Source: an uncultured Candidatus Binatia bacterium
Lineage (GTDB): Bacteria; Desulfobacterota; Binatia; Bin18
DNA length: 64,000 nucleotides
NCBI GenBank assembly: GCA_965200965.1
Contig: OZ241744.1
Span: 2,688,001 to 2,752,000, forward strand
Direction of reading: 5' to 3'
The position numbers and the translations under genes were made by a program. Shown piece after piece: positions 9,891 through 21,804 of the stretch; position 1 is the stretch's first letter, and every line of letters starts with the position of its first letter. The notes under the pieces were generated by a model that saw only the letters and a program-made list of their open reading frames with translations, was not told where the DNA came from and made no database searches.

Positions 9891-10604
9891 TCACGTTTCA
9901 CTTTGGTGGTGATCGTCGTGGGCTACGGCCAGGGAGACATACACCAGACTGAGCAGGGTGAACACAAATGCCTGGACCAGGGAGACAAACGCCCCAAGCG
10001 CATAGAACACCACCGGGATGCCGACCTTGGTTAGATCGGTAAAGATCTCCAGAACAATATGATCGCCGGTCATATTCCCGAACAGGCGCAGTCCCAGGGA
10101 AAAGGGCCGGACAAAGTTGTCTATCAACTCCAGCGGAACCATCAAAAACCCGAGCCACCAGATCGGCCCGACAAAGTGCTTCAGATAGGCGAGGCCCTGT
10201 TCTCGGAAGGCGAAAAAGTTGTAGGCTGCAAACGACAGGACGCCAAGGGCGAAGGCGACATTAAAATTGCTCGTCGGCGGAAGAAAGCCCGGTACGAGGC
10301 CGGTCAGGTTGGCGCAGAGAATGAAGAGGAAAAGACTGCCGTAGAGGTGGACATAGCGACGGGCCTGGTGTCTCAGAATGCCCTCTGCCATGCCCGAGAC
10401 GCCTTCAACCAGTAGCTCAGCCATGTTGCGCAGGCTGAGCGAATCGTCTGGGATGTTCGGGTCAGGGACAGCATCCATCTGTCGCTTGGCCCGGTAGGCC
10501 AGGAAAATAAGCAGACCGGTGACGAGAAGAGAGGTGGCAATATGTCCCGGCAGAAAATTCAAGCCGGGAATCGCAGAAACCCAGGTAAAGGGGTGATGGT
10601 CCAT
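9891..10604 (-). CDS. atpB: ATP synthase F0 subunit a
   Basis: RPFSLGLRLFGNM and QAFVFTLL motifs. Confidence 0.95.
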   Translation of the reverse strand: MDHHPFTWVSAIPGLNFLPGHIATSLLVTGLLIFLAYRAKRQMDAVPDPNIPDDSLSLRNMAELLVEGVSGMAEGILRHQARRYVHLYGSLFLFILCANLTGLVPGFLPPTSNFNVAFALGVLSFAAYNFFAFREQGLAYLKHFVGPIWWLGFLMVPLELIDNFVRPFSLGLRLFGNMTGDHIVLEIFTDLTKVGIPVVFYALGAFVSLVQAFVFTLLSLVYVSLAVAHDDHHQSET

Positions 10605-10613
10605 GTCACTCGC

Positions 10614-11033
10614 CTATGAGCACACCGTCTTGGATTCTGGTTCGGACAAGCCAACTATCACGCAGGCCAACAGCAGTAAAGACACCCCGACGGTGAAGCT
10701 CTGCCCATGCACCGGGTAGCGCAGCAGGAGGGTGCTTAATAAAACCAGAAAAAACACGCTCTTGGCCACAAACCACAGGGCGGCGCGAGATTTTCCGGCC
10801 CAGCCCTTGGGAGAAGAGGAAAGTGCGCTACGGACCAGTTTTTTGAGCAGCCAGAAATTGCCCTGCATGACGACCCCGCCCAGAATGAGGCTGAAAATAT
10901 GTCCATATCCGGCCAGCCAGCCAAGCCCGGCACAGAGGCCGACGAGGAGAAGGTTCAGCCACTCAATTTTTTCTATGGTGGTGTGGTTGGGCCGCAAAAG
11001 TGGAACCCGGTAGCCTTTTGACGAAGACATCAC
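10614..11033 (-). CDS. atpI: ATP synthase subunit I (4-TM accessory protein)
   Basis: Small 4-TM protein directly upstream of atpB. Confidence 0.75.
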   Translation of the reverse strand: MMSSSKGYRVPLLRPNHTTIEKIEWLNLLLVGLCAGLGWLAGYGHIFSLILGGVVMQGNFWLLKKLVRSALSSSPKGWAGKSRAALWFVAKSVFFLVLLSTLLLRYPVHGQSFTVGVSLLLLACVIVGLSEPESKTVCS

Positions 11034-11452
11034 GTTTCACTGTCTATGCCGGGACAGATGTTGGAGGACAAGAATCAGACGACACAGCGCCCCTGCCATG
11101 CCGCCGACCGCGCCAAGCACGAGCAGGAAGGGGGCTGTTCCAAATAGGCTATCGAGGTAACGCCCGAGAAAGATTCCGGATCCGGCCAGCCAGCCAAGCC
11201 CGGCACAGAGGCCGACGAGGAGAAGGTTCAGCCACTCAATTTTTTCTATGGTGGTGTGGTTGGGCCGCAAAAGTGGAACCCGGTAGCCTTTTGACGAAGA
11301 CATCACGTTTCACTGTCTATGCCGGGACAGATGTTGGAGGACAAGAATCAGACGACACAGCGCCCCTGCCATGCCGCCGACCGCGCCAAGCACGAGCAGG
11401 AAGGGGGCTGTTCCAAATAGGCTATCGAGGTAACGCCCGAGAAAGATTCCGG
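10907..11452. repeat. exact 273-bp tandem duplication (10907-11179 and 11180-11452)
   Basis: Copies are identical by direct reading; junction ...GATTCCGG|ATCCGGCCAG... Confidence 0.95.
11037..11306 (-). CDS. chimeric AtpI(N-term)/AtpZ(C-term) ORF created by the duplication
   Basis: First ~42 aa identical to 10614-11033; last ~46 aa identical to 11310-11528. Confidence 0.6.
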   Translation of the reverse strand: MMSSSKGYRVPLLRPNHTTIEKIEWLNLLLVGLCAGLGWLAGSGIFLGRYLDSLFGTAPFLLVLGAVGGMAGALCRLILVLQHLSRHRQ

Positions 11453-11528
11453 CCAGGACCGCTCCGGCAAACTCAATGCCCAGAGCGCCATATCTGCCGT
11501 AGACGAGGAGGGTGGGAGAGTGAGGCAT
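11310..11528 (-). CDS. atpZ: AtpZ/AtpI family protein (ATP synthase gene 1)
   Basis: GxxLDxxFGTxP motif, two TM helices, first gene of the atp F0 operon. Confidence 0.8.
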   Translation of the reverse strand: MPHSPTLLVYGRYGALGIEFAGAVLAGIFLGRYLDSLFGTAPFLLVLGAVGGMAGALCRLILVLQHLSRHRQ

Positions 11529-11543
11529 GCCGATATGAGTGAG

Positions 11544-11621
11544 TTATCCACACTTGTGAATGACTCGATAAGTTACTATATCATAATAAGTTTTTCGACA
11601 GTTTCCACAAGGTTTTCCACA
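11544..11621. promoter_or_regulatory. DnaA-box cluster in the atp promoter region
   Basis: TTATCCACA 11544-11552, GTTTCCACA 11601-11609, TTTTCCACA 11613-11621 in an AT-rich intergenic region. Confidence 0.65.
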
Positions 11622-11638
11622 TACCTGAGACCCGAGCT

Positions 11639-12925
11639 TCAGGTCGGCCCGAGTTGTCGCATGACTTCTGTAGCGGCGGAGACTGTTTCGTCAATCTCGG
11701 CCTCGCCGTGGGCTAAGGAGACAAAGGCGGCCTCGAACTGGGAGGGCGGGAGATAGATGCCGCGCTCGATCATGCCGTGAAAATAACGGGCAAACAACGC
11801 GGTGTCACAGCCGACAGCGCTGGTATAATTGCGGACCTGATCGACGCCGAAGAAAACGGTGATCATTGAGCCGAACTGATTGACACAAGCCTGAACGCTG
11901 GTGTCCTGAATGGCCTTTCGCAATCCCTCTGCCAAGCGAGCGCTCGTTTCATTTAAGCGTGCATACGCGCCCGAGGTGTTCATGATCTTGAGCGTTTCAA
12001 TGCCGGCTGTGACCGCTAAGGGATTGCCCGACAGGGTTCCGGCTTGGTAGACTGGGCCGAGCGGGGCAAGACAACCCATAATGTCCCGTTTACCGCCAAC
12101 CGCCGCCAACGGCAGTCCGCCGCCGATAACTTTGCCAAAACAACTCAGGTCCGGGTCAATACTGTACAATTCCTGAGCCCCGCCCCGCGCCAGGCGAAAG
12201 CCGCTCATAACCTCGTCAAAGATAAGGACTATTCCGGCCTCTCTGGTCAGGTTGCGCAATTCGGTTAAAAAACCTGGGGCGGGCAGGACAAGGCCCATAT
12301 TGCCGGGAACGGGTTCGATAATGACGCCGGCAATCGTGTTGGGATTGGCGCTGATGTACGCCTCCACGCTGGCCAGATTATTGTACTCGGCAATCAGGGT
12401 TTGACTGGCGAAGGCTTCGGGCACACCTTTGCTATCGGGCTGACTCAAGGTCAGTGCTCCCGATCCAGCTCGGACCAGCAGGGCGTCGGTATGGCCGTGG
12501 TAGCAGCCGGCGAACTTGATAATTTTAGTCCGGTCCGTGTAGCCCCTGGCAATCCGCAGTGCGGTCATGGTCGCTTCGGTTCCAGACGAGGTAAGGCGGA
12601 CCTTGTCAACTGAGGGAACGGCATCAACGACCATCCGGGCCAACTCAATCTCTCTGGCGGTTGGCGCGCCAAAACTTGTCCCACATTTGACCATGCTCTC
12701 AAGGGCGCGCACGACCTGCGGATGGGCATGGCCGGCAATCAGGGGCCCCCACGACCCAACATAGTCAATATACTCTTTGCCATCCGCATCAACCACCCGG
12801 CAGCCATGACCACGCTGGATGAAGGGCGGAGTGCCGTCTACTGCCCGCCAGGCGCGCACCGGACTATTGACTCCGCCGGGTATAATTTCCTGGGCTTGGC
12901 GAAAAAGCTTATCTGACGTGGACAT
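11639..12925 (-). CDS. hemL: glutamate-1-semialdehyde 2,1-aminomutase
   Basis: IPGGVNSPVRA, SGTEATM, FDEVMSGFR, FGKVIGGG, QAGTLSGNPLA. Confidence 0.97.
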   Translation of the reverse strand: MSTSDKLFRQAQEIIPGGVNSPVRAWRAVDGTPPFIQRGHGCRVVDADGKEYIDYVGSWGPLIAGHAHPQVVRALESMVKCGTSFGAPTAREIELARMVVDAVPSVDKVRLTSSGTEATMTALRIARGYTDRTKIIKFAGCYHGHTDALLVRAGSGALTLSQPDSKGVPEAFASQTLIAEYNNLASVEAYISANPNTIAGVIIEPVPGNMGLVLPAPGFLTELRNLTREAGIVLIFDEVMSGFRLARGGAQELYSIDPDLSCFGKVIGGGLPLAAVGGKRDIMGCLAPLGPVYQAGTLSGNPLAVTAGIETLKIMNTSGAYARLNETSARLAEGLRKAIQDTSVQACVNQFGSMITVFFGVDQVRNYTSAVGCDTALFARYFHGMIERGIYLPPSQFEAAFVSLAHGEAEIDETVSAATEVMRQLGPT

Positions 12926-13271
12926 AGCTCGTTTTCTGACCTCACGATTGGTTACTCTGTACTCTAGCACTGGGCGTATGGAACGTCAAGGTAAAAAACA
13001 TTGTGCAGCAAAATTAGCAACTTCTCGCACGCTGCAACTGTTTCGCTTGCATTGCTCATCAAAAATGTCTAAACACCCTAACACAACACCAAACGCATTC
13101 TCTTTTTCAGAACAGATAACAGCGATGCTGTAGAAGATGGTCTTCTCCTTTCTTTTTCACTCTCATGGCTTGATCGGCCAGGTTTCGCTGGGAGGGAGAG
13201 AAAGAAGGCAGGGGAAGAGTATGTGGAAAAGTCTGTGAAATTTGGGGAGAAATCCTTTATGACATAGAGGG

Positions 13272-13300
13272 TTGACGAGTTATTCACAGGTGTGGATAAC
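13272..13300 (+). promoter_or_regulatory. predicted dnaA promoter overlapped by two DnaA boxes
   Basis: TTGACG-N17-GATAAC; TTATTCACA 13280-13288 and TGTGGATAA 13291-13299. Confidence 0.6.
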
Positions 13301-13330
13301 TCGCCGATCAACCCGGTACGAGTACAGGGT

Positions 13331-14740
13331 ATGGAGCGGGTGTGGGAAAACGTATTGGATGTTGCTGAAGAAAAGATTGGGAAGACCAACATCGAGACTT
13401 GGCTGAAGCCAACTCGTCCGATTGGACTACGAGGGGACACGTTTCATCTGGAAGTTCCGAGTCCGCTGTTCCGTGAGTGGCTCCTCAACAATCTTCTTGA
13501 ACCGCTTGAAGCTTCGCTTGCCTCTGTCCTTGGCCAGACGGCGCAGGTAGCGATTCACGTCAACAGCAGCCAGCAGGGTGAGTTGTTTCCTGCCGATGCG
13601 TCGTCGGTCCAACTCCAAGATGCGGGCACCAAGCGCACCCCTGAGCCGGCTTCCGCATTGATCCCACGGGCAACCAGAAGCAAAGCGCGTCCGACCAAGA
13701 AAAACGGTCTGTTGCAGAACTTGACCTTTTCAAGCTTTGTGGTCGGAGGCGGCAATCAGTTTGCCCATGCTGCAGCCCGGGCAGTAGCCGATCATCCCGG
13801 CAATCACTACAACCCGCTGTTTATCTATGGCGGGGTGGGGCTGGGCAAGACGCACTTGATAAATGCCATTGGGCATGAGAGCCTGGTCAAACAGGGCAAG
13901 AGCAGCGTGTTTTATTTGTCCTCCGAGTCTTTTACTAATGAATTGATTTCTTACATCCGTCGAGACCGGATGGATGACTTCAAAACAAAGTTTCGCCAAG
14001 CGGATGTGCTGATTGTCGACGATGTTCAGTTTCTGTCTGGTCGAGAGCGGACCCAAGAAGAATTTTTTCACACATTCAATACCTTATACGAGGCTCACAA
14101 ACAAATCGTGCTCACCTCCGACAAGTTTCCAAACGAAATTCAGGGCTTGGAAGAGCGGCTACGCAACCGGTTTGAGTCGGGTCTGATTACCGATATTCAG
14201 CCGCCTGATCTGGAAACGCGGGTAGCGATTTTGCAAAAAAAGGCCCAGGCCAGGAAGATCCAGATTTCGTCTGAGGTTGCGCTGTTCATTGCCTCAAACG
14301 TCACCGCCAATGTCCGTGAACTGGAAGGCGGGTTGACTCGGCTTGACGCCCTGTCAAACATGAATGAGACGCCTATTACGGTCGATTTTGCCCGCCAGGT
14401 TTTGCATAATCTCGTCAAGGAGAAGGGCCCGAAGGTGACGATCGAAATGGTCCAGCAGGCCAGCGCCAAATACTTTGGCGTGCGGGTGAGTGATCTGGTC
14501 TCCAAAAAACGGACCAAACCGGTGACTTTTCCGCGTCAGGTGTCCATGTACTTGTGCCGCAAGCTGGCCAATACCTCCTACCCGACGATCGGCATTCGGT
14601 TTGGTGGCAAAGATCACACCACTGCCTTGTATGCTTGCAATAGGATAGAAAAACGCCTCAAAAATGACGAAGAGTTGCGCTCTGTCCTGGACCGGATTGA
14701 AAGCACGATCTACAGCCAACAGATCAAGGACCAGCCCTGA
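13331..14740 (+). CDS. dnaA: chromosomal replication initiator DnaA
   Basis: YNPLFIYGGVGLGKTHL Walker A, VDDVQF Walker B, QEEFFHTFN, GGKDHTT; alternative GTG start at 13292. Confidence 0.98.
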   Translation: MERVWENVLDVAEEKIGKTNIETWLKPTRPIGLRGDTFHLEVPSPLFREWLLNNLLEPLEASLASVLGQTAQVAIHVNSSQQGELFPADASSVQLQDAGTKRTPEPASALIPRATRSKARPTKKNGLLQNLTFSSFVVGGGNQFAHAAARAVADHPGNHYNPLFIYGGVGLGKTHLINAIGHESLVKQGKSSVFYLSSESFTNELISYIRRDRMDDFKTKFRQADVLIVDDVQFLSGRERTQEEFFHTFNTLYEAHKQIVLTSDKFPNEIQGLEERLRNRFESGLITDIQPPDLETRVAILQKKAQARKIQISSEVALFIASNVTANVRELEGGLTRLDALSNMNETPITVDFARQVLHNLVKEKGPKVTIEMVQQASAKYFGVRVSDLVSKKRTKPVTFPRQVSMYLCRKLANTSYPTIGIRFGGKDHTTALYACNRIEKRLKNDEELRSVLDRIESTIYSQQIKDQP

Positions 14741-14774
14741 TGTACCGCTTGGTCACCGCTCTAAGCCCCACGGA

Positions 14775-15040
14775 CCTGTGGATAACCTGTGGATAACCTG
14801 TGGATAACCTGTGGATAACCTGTGGATAACCTGTGGATAACCTGTGGATAACCTGTGGATAACCTGTGGATAACTTTGAGGGGGGTGTGGATAACTTTGA
14901 GGGGGGTGTGGATAAGTGGCCGAGTTATCCACAGGGGGTGTGAATAACTTCTCTTTTAAAATCAATTACTTAAGTGAGTTATCCACATATTCACACCCCC
15001 CTGCTACTACTCTTATATATTATATAAAGAAGATGAGAAA
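14775..15040. other. replication origin oriC (DnaA-box array, DnaA-trio-like element and AT-rich unwinding region)
   Basis: 9x CCTGTGGATAA, 2x CTTTGAGGGGGGTGTGGATAA, further TTATCCACA boxes, then CCCCC-CTG-CTA-CTA-CTC and TTATATATTATATAAAG, between dnaA and dnaN. Confidence 0.93.
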
Positions 15041-15072
15041 TGACGTAAATCCAGAACAAAGAGGAATCCGGT

Positions 15073-16245
15073 ATGGAATGTCTTGTGGAAAAAGACGAAC
15101 TGTTGCGCTCTTTATACCTTGTGCAGGGAGTGGTCGAGAAACGCTCTTCGCTGCCTATTCTCGCCCATGTCCTGATTGAGTCAACGGATGCACAGACCGA
15201 CGCCGAGGGAGGCGCTCTGTCACTTGGGGCCACGGACCTTGAGATCAGTATTCGCCAAAGCTGTAAGGCGAGCGTCAAGAAGACCGGCTCTATCACCACC
15301 GACGCTCGCAAGCTGTATGAAATCGTCCGCGAGCTACCGAGCACGGGGGGCGGATCCTCCGACCCGACCGTCATAACCCTGCGCTCAGCTGGCAGTGGTT
15401 GGATAGAGGTCAGCAGTGGAAAATCCCGGTTCAGGATGGCTAGCCTTGACCCCAAAGAGTTTCCGGCTATAACCCCTGCTCAAGAGGCCGATGGCACGGT
15501 ACCCGCAGCCGCATCGTGTCCTGGCGAAATCATGCGAGAAATGATTGAGAAGACGCTGTTTGCCACCTCGCCGGATGAAACACGCCTCAATCTGAGCGGT
15601 GTGTATGTCGAAGCCCTTGACTCGGGAAAGCTGCGTATGGTGGCCAGTGACGGTCATCGTTTGTCTCTCATCGACCGCCAGGCAGCGATAGCCGACCCAG
15701 CGGCTTGGCCCAAAGTCATTTTGCCCCGCAAAGGGTTAATCGAGGCCCGCAAGATCCTGGAACGGAGCGAGGGCGAGGCCCGCTTCTCTCTGCAGGGGAC
15801 GATGGCAGGGATGCACAAGGAGGCTACCGCGCTGTCCATGCGCTTGGTTGAGGGTGAATTCCCGGATTACCAGCAGATTCTGCCCACCGCGCGGAATTTT
15901 GTGATTCCCTTCTCCCGTGAAGAGTTGCTGAGGGCGCTGCGCCGGCTGTTGATTCTGACCACCGAACGGTCGCGCGGGATTAAGATCCAGGTCGAAGCCG
16001 GGAAGGTCGAAATCTCGGTCAATACCCCTGACCTTGGCGAGGGGGTGGAGGAGGTCATGACAGACTACAGCGGAGACAGCATCGCTGTCGGCTTTAATGG
16101 CCGCTACTTGGTGGAGGCCCTGACCGTGATGGGCGAAGACCAGCAGATTACATTGTCCCTCAAGGACGATATGAGCCCGGGTTTGCTCAAGATGACCGAA
16201 GATCAGGACTTCTCGTATGTGATCATGCCGATGCGCATATTTTAA
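15073..16245 (+). CDS. dnaN: DNA polymerase III beta sliding clamp
   Basis: ATDLE, VASDGHRL, GEFPDY, GFNxRYL, YVIMPMR. Confidence 0.97.
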   Translation: MECLVEKDELLRSLYLVQGVVEKRSSLPILAHVLIESTDAQTDAEGGALSLGATDLEISIRQSCKASVKKTGSITTDARKLYEIVRELPSTGGGSSDPTVITLRSAGSGWIEVSSGKSRFRMASLDPKEFPAITPAQEADGTVPAAASCPGEIMREMIEKTLFATSPDETRLNLSGVYVEALDSGKLRMVASDGHRLSLIDRQAAIADPAAWPKVILPRKGLIEARKILERSEGEARFSLQGTMAGMHKEATALSMRLVEGEFPDYQQILPTARNFVIPFSREELLRALRRLLILTTERSRGIKIQVEAGKVEISVNTPDLGEGVEEVMTDYSGDSIAVGFNGRYLVEALTVMGEDQQITLSLKDDMSPGLLKMTEDQDFSYVIMPMRIF

Positions 16246-16299
16246 TTTCAAAAACCTTATTTGTCCCGCCCGTGCGTTTACTTCGCAGCCAGAAAATGA

Positions 16300-18789
<2,490 letters not shown>

Positions 18790-18812
18790 AACCCCCAGAC
18801 CTGCCGACTGTC

Positions 18813-21326
18813 ATGGAAGAAGCGAAGCGTCCACAGGCCGTCAACATCGAACAAGAGATGCGTCAGTCCTACATGGACTACGCCATGAGCGTCATTATTG
18901 GGCGGGCGCTGCCCGATGTCCGCGACGGCCTCAAGCCTGTTCATAGACGCGTGCTGTATGCCATGTCCGACCTGGGAAACGACTGGAACCGACCGTATAA
19001 AAAATCGGCCCGCATTGTCGGCGATGTTATAGGCAAATATCACCCGCACGGTGACGCCGCGGTCTACGATACCATCGTGCGCATGGCACAGGAGTTCTCG
19101 CTGCGCTATCCTCTGGTTGACGGACAGGGGAACTTTGGGTCAATTGACGGGGACCCGCCCGCGGCCATGCGCTACACAGAAATCCGCATGACCCGAATGG
19201 CCTCGGAACTCCTGACCGACATTGACCGGGACACCGTTGATTTCACTGCCAATTACGACGATTCAAGCCAAGAGCCAGCCGTTCTACCGGCCAAGCTTCC
19301 AAATCTGATCATTAACGGATCGTCAGGCATTGCGGTTGGCATGTCAACCAATATCCCGCCGCATAATCTGGGTGAGGTGGTTGACGCGCTAGTAGCCCTG
19401 ATTGATGACCCGGAACTGAGCAGCGGCCAGCTTATGCAATATGTCCGGGGGCCGGATTTTCCAACCGGGGGGTTTATTCACGGCCTCGCCGGCATCCGGG
19501 AGGCGTATGAAACCGGCAGAGGCATTATCCAGATGCGGGCCCGGACCTCGGCTGAGGAAAATCAACGAACGGGCAAGAGCGCTATTATTGTTGAAGAAAT
19601 TCCGTTTCAGGTCAATAAAGCACGGCTGATTGAACGCATTGCCGAACTGGTCAATGACAAGCGCCTTGAAGGCATATCAGATCTCCGCGATGAGTCAGAC
19701 CGCGAGGGCATGCGGATTGTCATTGAACTCAGGAAAGATGTTGTTCCAGACGTGGTCCTCAATCAACTCTACAAGATGACCCCAATGCAGGACTCCTTTG
19801 GGGTCATCCTGCTGGCCATTGTTGAGGAGCGCCCGCAACTGTTGACGCTCAAACACAGCCTGGTTCATTTTTTGGACCATCGCCGGGCTGTGGTGCGGCG
19901 ACGGACCGCTTTCAACCTCGACAGAGCCCAAGAACGGCTGCATCTGCTTGAAGGCCTGAAGGTCGCCCTCGATAACCTCGACACGGTTATCCGGCTCATC
20001 CGTAGTGGCGAGAGTCCGCTCAGCGTTCGTCACCATATCATGGCGCGCTATGAGTTGAGCGAGACCCAGGCGCAGGCTGTTCTGGACATGCGCTTGCAGC
20101 GCCTCACTCAACTGGAGCAGGGAAAAATCGTCGCCGAACACACCGAGACAGCGGCGTTGATCCGCACGCTTGAAAACATTCTGGCCGACCCGAGCGAAAT
20201 TGACGATCTCATCAGCCGGGAATTGCAAGAGATCAAGACACGCTTTGCCGATGAGCGCCGCACAGAGATTCTTACCGCTAGCGCCGACCTCTCTGTTGAA
20301 GACCTGATTGCCGAAGAGGATATGGTCGTCACCATCTCCCATGCCGGCTATATCAAGCGCACTGCGACCTCGCTCTACCGCTCACAGCGGCGCGGGGGAC
20401 GCGGTATTGTGGCGGCGACCACGCGTAATGAGGATTTTGTTGAACATCTGTTTGTGTGTTCAACTCACGCCTATCTGCTGGTTTTTACCTCTCTCGGCAG
20501 GGTTTACTGGGTGAAGGTACACGAGATCCCACAGGCCGGTCGGGCCTCAAAAGGTAAGGCGATTATCAACCTGCTGCCGCTCGGAGCAGAGGAAACGATC
20601 TCTGCTTTTCTGCCCGTGCGCGAGTTCACGCCCGACACCTGGGCCGTTTTTGCCACTCGTAACGGTCTGGTCAAAAAGACCGACCTGATGGACTACGCCA
20701 ACCCACGCCAGGGCGGCATTATCGCCATATCCCTAGACCCCAGCGATGCAGTCATTGGCGTAAGGCTGGCCGGTGCCGATCAGAAAATCCTCCTCTCGAC
20801 CCGGCATGGCAAAGCCATCCGCTTTTCCGAGCGGGAGGTTCGTCCCACTGGGCGCAGCACCCAGGGGGTCAAAGGCATCAGCCTGGAAGCAGACGACAAG
20901 GTGATGTCCCTGGCCGTCCTGAACCCTGACGAGAGCCTGCTGACCGTCTCCTCTTTGGGCTATGGCAAACGGAGCAATGTACACGAATACCGGCTGCAAT
21001 CCCGCGCCGGCAAAGGCATAATCACCATGCGGACAACCGACAAGACAGGCGAGGTCGTCGGCGTGCTACAGGTGACCGACGAGGACCACCTGATGCTGAT
21101 TACCGATAGTGGGCGGGTTATTCGGCTGCGCATCCGGGAATTGCGAACCATCGGGCGCAACACCCAGGGGGTACGGCTGTTTGATATTGGCCCTCGGGAA
21201 CGGGTCGTGAGTCTGACTCTCCTGGTTGAAGACGGAGAAGAGAACACCGGATCTGATCGACAAAACGGTCAACACAACGGAGCGCTGGCTGAACAGACCA
21301 GTCTCACCGTACAGGAGGATATATGA
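18813..21326 (+). CDS. gyrA: DNA gyrase subunit A
   Basis: [26 protein letters not shown], GyrA box QRRGGRG. Confidence 0.98.
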   Translation: MEEAKRPQAVNIEQEMRQSYMDYAMSVIIGRALPDVRDGLKPVHRRVLYAMSDLGNDWNRPYKKSARIVGDVIGKYHPHGDAAVYDTIVRMAQEFSLRYPLVDGQGNFGSIDGDPPAAMRYTEIRMTRMASELLTDIDRDTVDFTANYDDSSQEPAVLPAKLPNLIINGSSGIAVGMSTNIPPHNLGEVVDALVALIDDPELSSGQLMQYVRGPDFPTGGFIHGLAGIREAYETGRGIIQMRARTSAEENQRTGKSAIIVEEIPFQVNKARLIERIAELVNDKRLEGISDLRDESDREGMRIVIELRKDVVPDVVLNQLYKMTPMQDSFGVILLAIVEERPQLLTLKHSLVHFLDHRRAVVRRRTAFNLDRAQERLHLLEGLKVALDNLDTVIRLIRSGESPLSVRHHIMARYELSETQAQAVLDMRLQRLTQLEQGKIVAEHTETAALIRTLENILADPSEIDDLISRELQEIKTRFADERRTEILTASADLSVEDLIAEEDMVVTISHAGYIKRTATSLYRSQRRGGRGIVAATTRNEDFVEHLFVCSTHAYLLVFTSLGRVYWVKVHEIPQAGRASKGKAIINLLPLGAEETISAFLPVREFTPDTWAVFATRNGLVKKTDLMDYANPRQGGIIAISLDPSDAVIGVRLAGADQKILLSTRHGKAIRFSEREVRPTGRSTQGVKGISLEADDKVMSLAVLNPDESLLTVSSLGYGKRSNVHEYRLQSRAGKGIITMRTTDKTGEVVGVLQVTDEDHLMLITDSGRVIRLRIRELRTIGRNTQGVRLFDIGPRERVVSLTLLVEDGEENTGSDRQNGQHNGALAEQTSLTVQEDI

Positions 21327-21793
21327 GCGTACAGGTCGGGCAAAACGCCCCGGATTTTACCCTCAAGACGAGTAAAATGCAGGATTTCACCCTGAGCGAA
21401 CAGAAGGGCAAGAAGAATGTGGTCCTGCTCTTTGTTCCGCTGGCCTTTACCGATGGTTGAACAAATGAATTTGGCTCCGTGCAAGCCAATCTCGACAGTT
21501 TACAGAACGAGAACACGCAGGTCGTCGGCATCAGCGTGGACAGCCCATTTTCTCTGGACGCCTGGGCCACCAAGGAGGGCTATGAATTTCCGCTGTTGAG
21601 CGACTTTAATAAGGAAGTCGCCGCCGCCTATGATTCCCTCTATCCCGAGCTGCTGGTGTTCAAAGGCGTGGCCAAACGAACGGCTTTTGTGATCGACAAA
21701 AATGGTGTGGTTCAGTACGCTTGGCTGAATGATGACGCCGGTACCCTGCCCGACCTTGACAAGATCAAAGCCTGCCTCCAGCAATGTGGCTGA
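21323..21793 (+). CDS. peroxiredoxin (AhpC/TSA, AhpE-like), probable selenoprotein with in-frame UGA at codon 46
   Basis: [14 protein letters not shown]...[14 protein letters not shown](21458-21460)-TNEF...VVGISVDS...PLLSDF...AKRTAFVID; one frame throughout; TGA sits at the PxxxTxxC cysteine. Confidence 0.9.
21471..21489 (+). promoter_or_regulatory. candidate bacterial SECIS hairpin
   Basis: TTGGCT-CCGTGCA-AGCCAA stem-loop starting 10 nt after the in-frame TGA. Confidence 0.55.
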
Positions 21794-21804
21794 GTTCGAC
21801 CGCG

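Noticed and set aside
9435-11528. Missing atpF/H/A/G/D/C as a sign of a broken ATP synthase
   Set aside because: A separate atpZIBE operon is a known arrangement in deltaproteobacterial lineages.
11000-11542. 180-aa + strand ORF with an internal repeat
   Set aside because: Antisense shadow of the duplicated atpZ/atpI region.
14775-14915. Possible CRISPR array
   Set aside because: Units are 11 and 21 bp, contiguous with no unique spacers, match DnaA boxes, and no cas genes are present.
14753-14965. 70-aa ORF with repeated YPQVIHRLSTG units
   Set aside because: It is the translation of the DnaA-box tandem array, not a protein.
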